NCBI GenBank assembly: GCA_937919925.1 | Contig: CALFOT010000076.1 | Location: forward strand, 2,241 to 66,240 | Length of the DNA stretch: 64,000 nucleotides | Reading direction: 5' to 3' | DNA from: an uncultured bacterium | Lineage (GTDB): Bacteria > Planctomycetota > UBA1135 | Shown here: positions 61,439 through 64,000 of the stretch, piece after piece | Position numbering within the stretch: the stretch's first letter is position 1 | Layout: each line of letters begins with the position of its first letter | The notes under the pieces: model-generated | What the model saw: the letters and a program-made list of their open reading frames with translations, nothing else | Databases searched by the model: none | What the model was told of the DNA's origin: nothing | Position numbers and translations under genes: made by a program

Positions 61439-62422
61439 ATGATTGTGGTCACTGGGGGGGCGGGTTTCATCGGCAGTAACCTACTCGCGGCTTTGGAGAG
61501 TCGCGGGGAGCTGGTCGTCGTTGATCATCTCGGAGATGGTGATATGTGGCGAAATATCGCCAAGCGCGAGTTAGCAGATGTCATCCATCCCGATGATTTT
61601 CACGATTGGCTGAAAGGTCGTAGCTCCGAGCAAATCCAGGCTATCTTCCACATGGGCGCGATTTCCTCGACCACCGAAACCGATGTTGATCTCATTGTGG
61701 AGAACAACGTCCGCCTGAGCTTGGATTTGTTCCGCTGGTGCGCGCAGGAAAAAGTGCGCTTTATTTATGCATCTTCAGCCGCCACCTATGGTGATGGCGC
61801 GCATGGTTTTCAAGATGATGACGCCGTTGCCGAGTTGGCGCATCTGCAGCCGCTGAATGCTTATGGTTGGAGTAAACATATGGTGGATCGCCGCTTGGCG
61901 CGGGTGTTGCGCGAGGGCGGTAGTTTGCCTCCGCAATGCGTGGGCTTGAAGTTTTTTAATGTTTACGGCCCTAATGAGTATCACAAAGGCAGTATGCGCA
62001 GCGTCGTGCATCAACTCCATCCGCAGATTGCGGATGGTGCTGCGGCGAAGTTGTTTCGCTCGCATCATCCGGATTATCAAGATGGCGGGCAATTACGCGA
62101 CTTCATTTACGTGAAAGATGTCGTCGATGTCATGATGTGGATGTTTGATCATCCACAAGTGCAAGGTTTGTACAACGTAGGCACTGGGCAAGCGCGTAGT
62201 TTTGCGGATTTGGCCAGCGCCGTGTTTGCTGCACTCGGTAAGGAACCGCGTTTCGAGTTCATCGATACGCCACTGGAGATTCGCGACAAGTACCAGTACT
62301 TCACCCAAGCTGAAATGGGCAAATTACGTGCCGCAGGTTATACGCGCGCATTTACCTCGCTGGAAGATGGCGTGAAGGATTACGTGCTCGCGTATCTTGA
62401 GCGTGAAGATCCTTATTGCTAA
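61439..62422 (+). CDS. rfaD: ADP-L-glycero-D-manno-heptose 6-epimerase
   Basis: TGGAGFIGSN, HMGAISSTTE, YASSAATYG, YGWSK, FFNVYGPNEYHKG, YQYFTQA. Confidence 0.96.
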   Translation: MIVVTGGAGFIGSNLLAALESRGELVVVDHLGDGDMWRNIAKRELADVIHPDDFHDWLKGRSSEQIQAIFHMGAISSTTETDVDLIVENNVRLSLDLFRWCAQEKVRFIYASSAATYGDGAHGFQDDDAVAELAHLQPLNAYGWSKHMVDRRLARVLREGGSLPPQCVGLKFFNVYGPNEYHKGSMRSVVHQLHPQIADGAAAKLFRSHHPDYQDGGQLRDFIYVKDVVDVMMWMFDHPQVQGLYNVGTGQARSFADLASAVFAALGKEPRFEFIDTPLEIRDKYQYFTQAEMGKLRAAGYTRAFTSLEDGVKDYVLAYLEREDPYC

Positions 62423-63723
62423 GCGGGCATCTCTAAACGGTGGGTAGCGGCAATTTGCTTGGCGGTGCTTTCCAAAACACCTGCCGTGGCAGCAAAGCTT
62501 GGCCACATAGCTACTGCACTGCGCACTTGCTCGACGATTTCCACCGCGCGTCCGCGTTGCAGAGAAAGCGTTGCCCCGCAAGCGCTGAAATCGGCCAGCT
62601 GGAAAGCCGCACGTTTGCCATTCAAACTCATTTGATGGCGGCCAGTCCACAAACCATCCGGGTTGTAGTTGTAGGTCATGTCAAATGCTGGCGATAAAGA
62701 CCACTGCCCACGTTTATCCATCAAGAAGGCGATATTTTTAACATGGTCATCTTGGTTTCGCGCGAGAATATTGAATACGGCCCGTCGAAACTGCTGCTCG
62801 ATTGCAGCCATCGGTAAGTGCAACTGCCGCATCACCAGCATGGCCTGTTCATAGGAATAGGCGCCCGCCATATTGAAATCATAATGCGCGATGGCGCACA
62901 ACGATTGCTGGTGCAGTTTTTCACCTTGATCATTACGATCAAATCGTTTGGTCACAAAATGGCTGCGGTCATTTTCATGCAGCAAGCGGCTCTCCATCAT
63001 GTCGACGCCCGCCGCCACCGCCATTTTGTAATACGCGTATTCAATCCGGCCATAACCTTTCGGCATCGCAAGCTCGCGGTCGCGGTTGTTGCTGACGCCG
63101 TCAAACTTCAACAGCCAGTGCGAAAATCCACTTTTGTGATCGGCATCGCCGGAACGTATTTCTCCGCTTGTGGGATTCCAGGCAATCACCGCCTTGGCGC
63201 GCGCCCCACCCGCGGAAGTGCCCACTCGCAGAATGTCACGAATTGCGTGGCCTTCTTCACCTTGCTGTAAAGAGGTGGCGAAGGATTGCCGATCAGACAA
63301 AATTTGCCCGGCCAAATCGACGAGTGCCGCTACATCTAAAGGATTGGACGTGCGCTCGGCGTCGCCCAAAGTAGGTTGGAACTCGAGCGCGCCAATACCG
63401 CGCGAACCGGTGTAGCACAAACGCTCCACGGGATTAAAACTGCCGGGGTTGCGGCCTTCGGAAACCAACCAGGCATCAATCAGGGCATTGCCGTAGCGGT
63501 CGGGGAGCACGTCGGCGAGCATGCCGGGCAGGCCGTGGAAGGTATCGCGATTGAGCGCAGGGAAGGAATAATCGCGCGCGGCCAGCGGCATCATCAACGG
63601 GGCGAGTTCGATACCACTTGGCACAAACGCCGGATCGTATTCAAAGCGCCCGATTCGCGCTTCGTCCTCCCACAAAATGGCGCCGATGCGCCGGCCCCAA
63701 AGATTCACGCTGGCAATGGTCAT
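62419..63723 (-). CDS. hipA: Type II toxin-antitoxin HipA family kinase toxin
   Basis: N-terminal HipA-coupling domain (LPDRYGN), GTSAGGARAK, LLKFDG, KRFDR, NQDDHVKN, LSPAFD. Confidence 0.94.
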   Translation of the reverse strand: MTIASVNLWGRRIGAILWEDEARIGRFEYDPAFVPSGIELAPLMMPLAARDYSFPALNRDTFHGLPGMLADVLPDRYGNALIDAWLVSEGRNPGSFNPVERLCYTGSRGIGALEFQPTLGDAERTSNPLDVAALVDLAGQILSDRQSFATSLQQGEEGHAIRDILRVGTSAGGARAKAVIAWNPTSGEIRSGDADHKSGFSHWLLKFDGVSNNRDRELAMPKGYGRIEYAYYKMAVAAGVDMMESRLLHENDRSHFVTKRFDRNDQGEKLHQQSLCAIAHYDFNMAGAYSYEQAMLVMRQLHLPMAAIEQQFRRAVFNILARNQDDHVKNIAFLMDKRGQWSLSPAFDMTYNYNPDGLWTGRHQMSLNGKRAAFQLADFSACGATLSLQRGRAVEIVEQVRSAVAMWPSFAATAGVLESTAKQIAATHRLEMPA

Positions 63724-64000
63724 GCTTCATCCCCCCAAGTCCAGCTGTCGGGCTCCGCATTGGATTCCGCATCCGGCGCTGGCCGTGGTGCCGACGCCCG
63801 CTGCCGGGGTTTGCCGAGATTTTCTAGCACTTGCATGGGGCTGGCGGTGGCAGCGGGGAGCAGCAAGCCTAAGCTTTCGAGGAGGTCTAGAGCGCGCAGA
63901 ACGCGGAGAAATGCGGTCATTTGCGTGGATTCACCGCCCTCTAAGCGGCGCAGGGTGGACCGCGAAATACCCGCTTCTACAGCGAGCTCCTGTTGGGTGA
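63720..64000 (-). CDS. XRE-family HTH antitoxin (HipB-like), 5'-partial
   Basis: Frame is open beyond the listed ATG to the window edge: TQQELAVEAGISRSTLRRLEGG (HTH); RQRAS...WTWGD tail; stop overlaps the hipA start. Confidence 0.88.
   Translation of the reverse strand, partial: TQQELAVEAGISRSTLRRLEGGESTQMTAFLRVLRALDLLESLGLLLPAATASPMQVLENLGKPRQRASAPRPAPDAESNAEPDSWTWGDEA

Noticed and set aside
62419-64000. HipA module as the edge of a mobile element or novel defence system
   Set aside because: Ordinary HTH + HipA pair; no integrase, transposase or att site visible within the window.

Overview
Gene-dense bacterial chromosomal window of moderate GC with about 47 credible CDSs and no rRNA, tRNA, CRISPR array or transposase that I can see. 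The PSD1/PSCyt cytochrome plus DUF1501 genes, a sulfatase and a DUF1080 gene point to Planctomycetota (inference). The centrepiece is a 14.3-kb minus-strand operon (29218-43471): 2-oxoacid:ferredoxin oxidoreductase alpha and beta, an apparently inactive paralogue of a PFOR TPP domain, rnfB, a 1686-aa PFOR-like protein with a tethered C-terminal ferredoxin, rnfCDGEA, and a small Cys-rich membrane protein. Other notable signals: (i) four otherwise unrelated extracellular-type proteins end in the same ~100-aa C-terminal domain, one copy completed only by a -1 frameshift; (ii) ten genes have a TANNNT -10 box 5-8 nt before the start codon and no Shine-Dalgarno, suggesting widespread leaderless mRNAs; (iii) an EAL-CZB phosphodiesterase; (iv) a receiver-domain/PEP-synthase-like dikinase behind gdhA. 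A HipA toxin-antitoxin pair lies at the right edge. All calls come from reading motifs by eye; no database searches were run.
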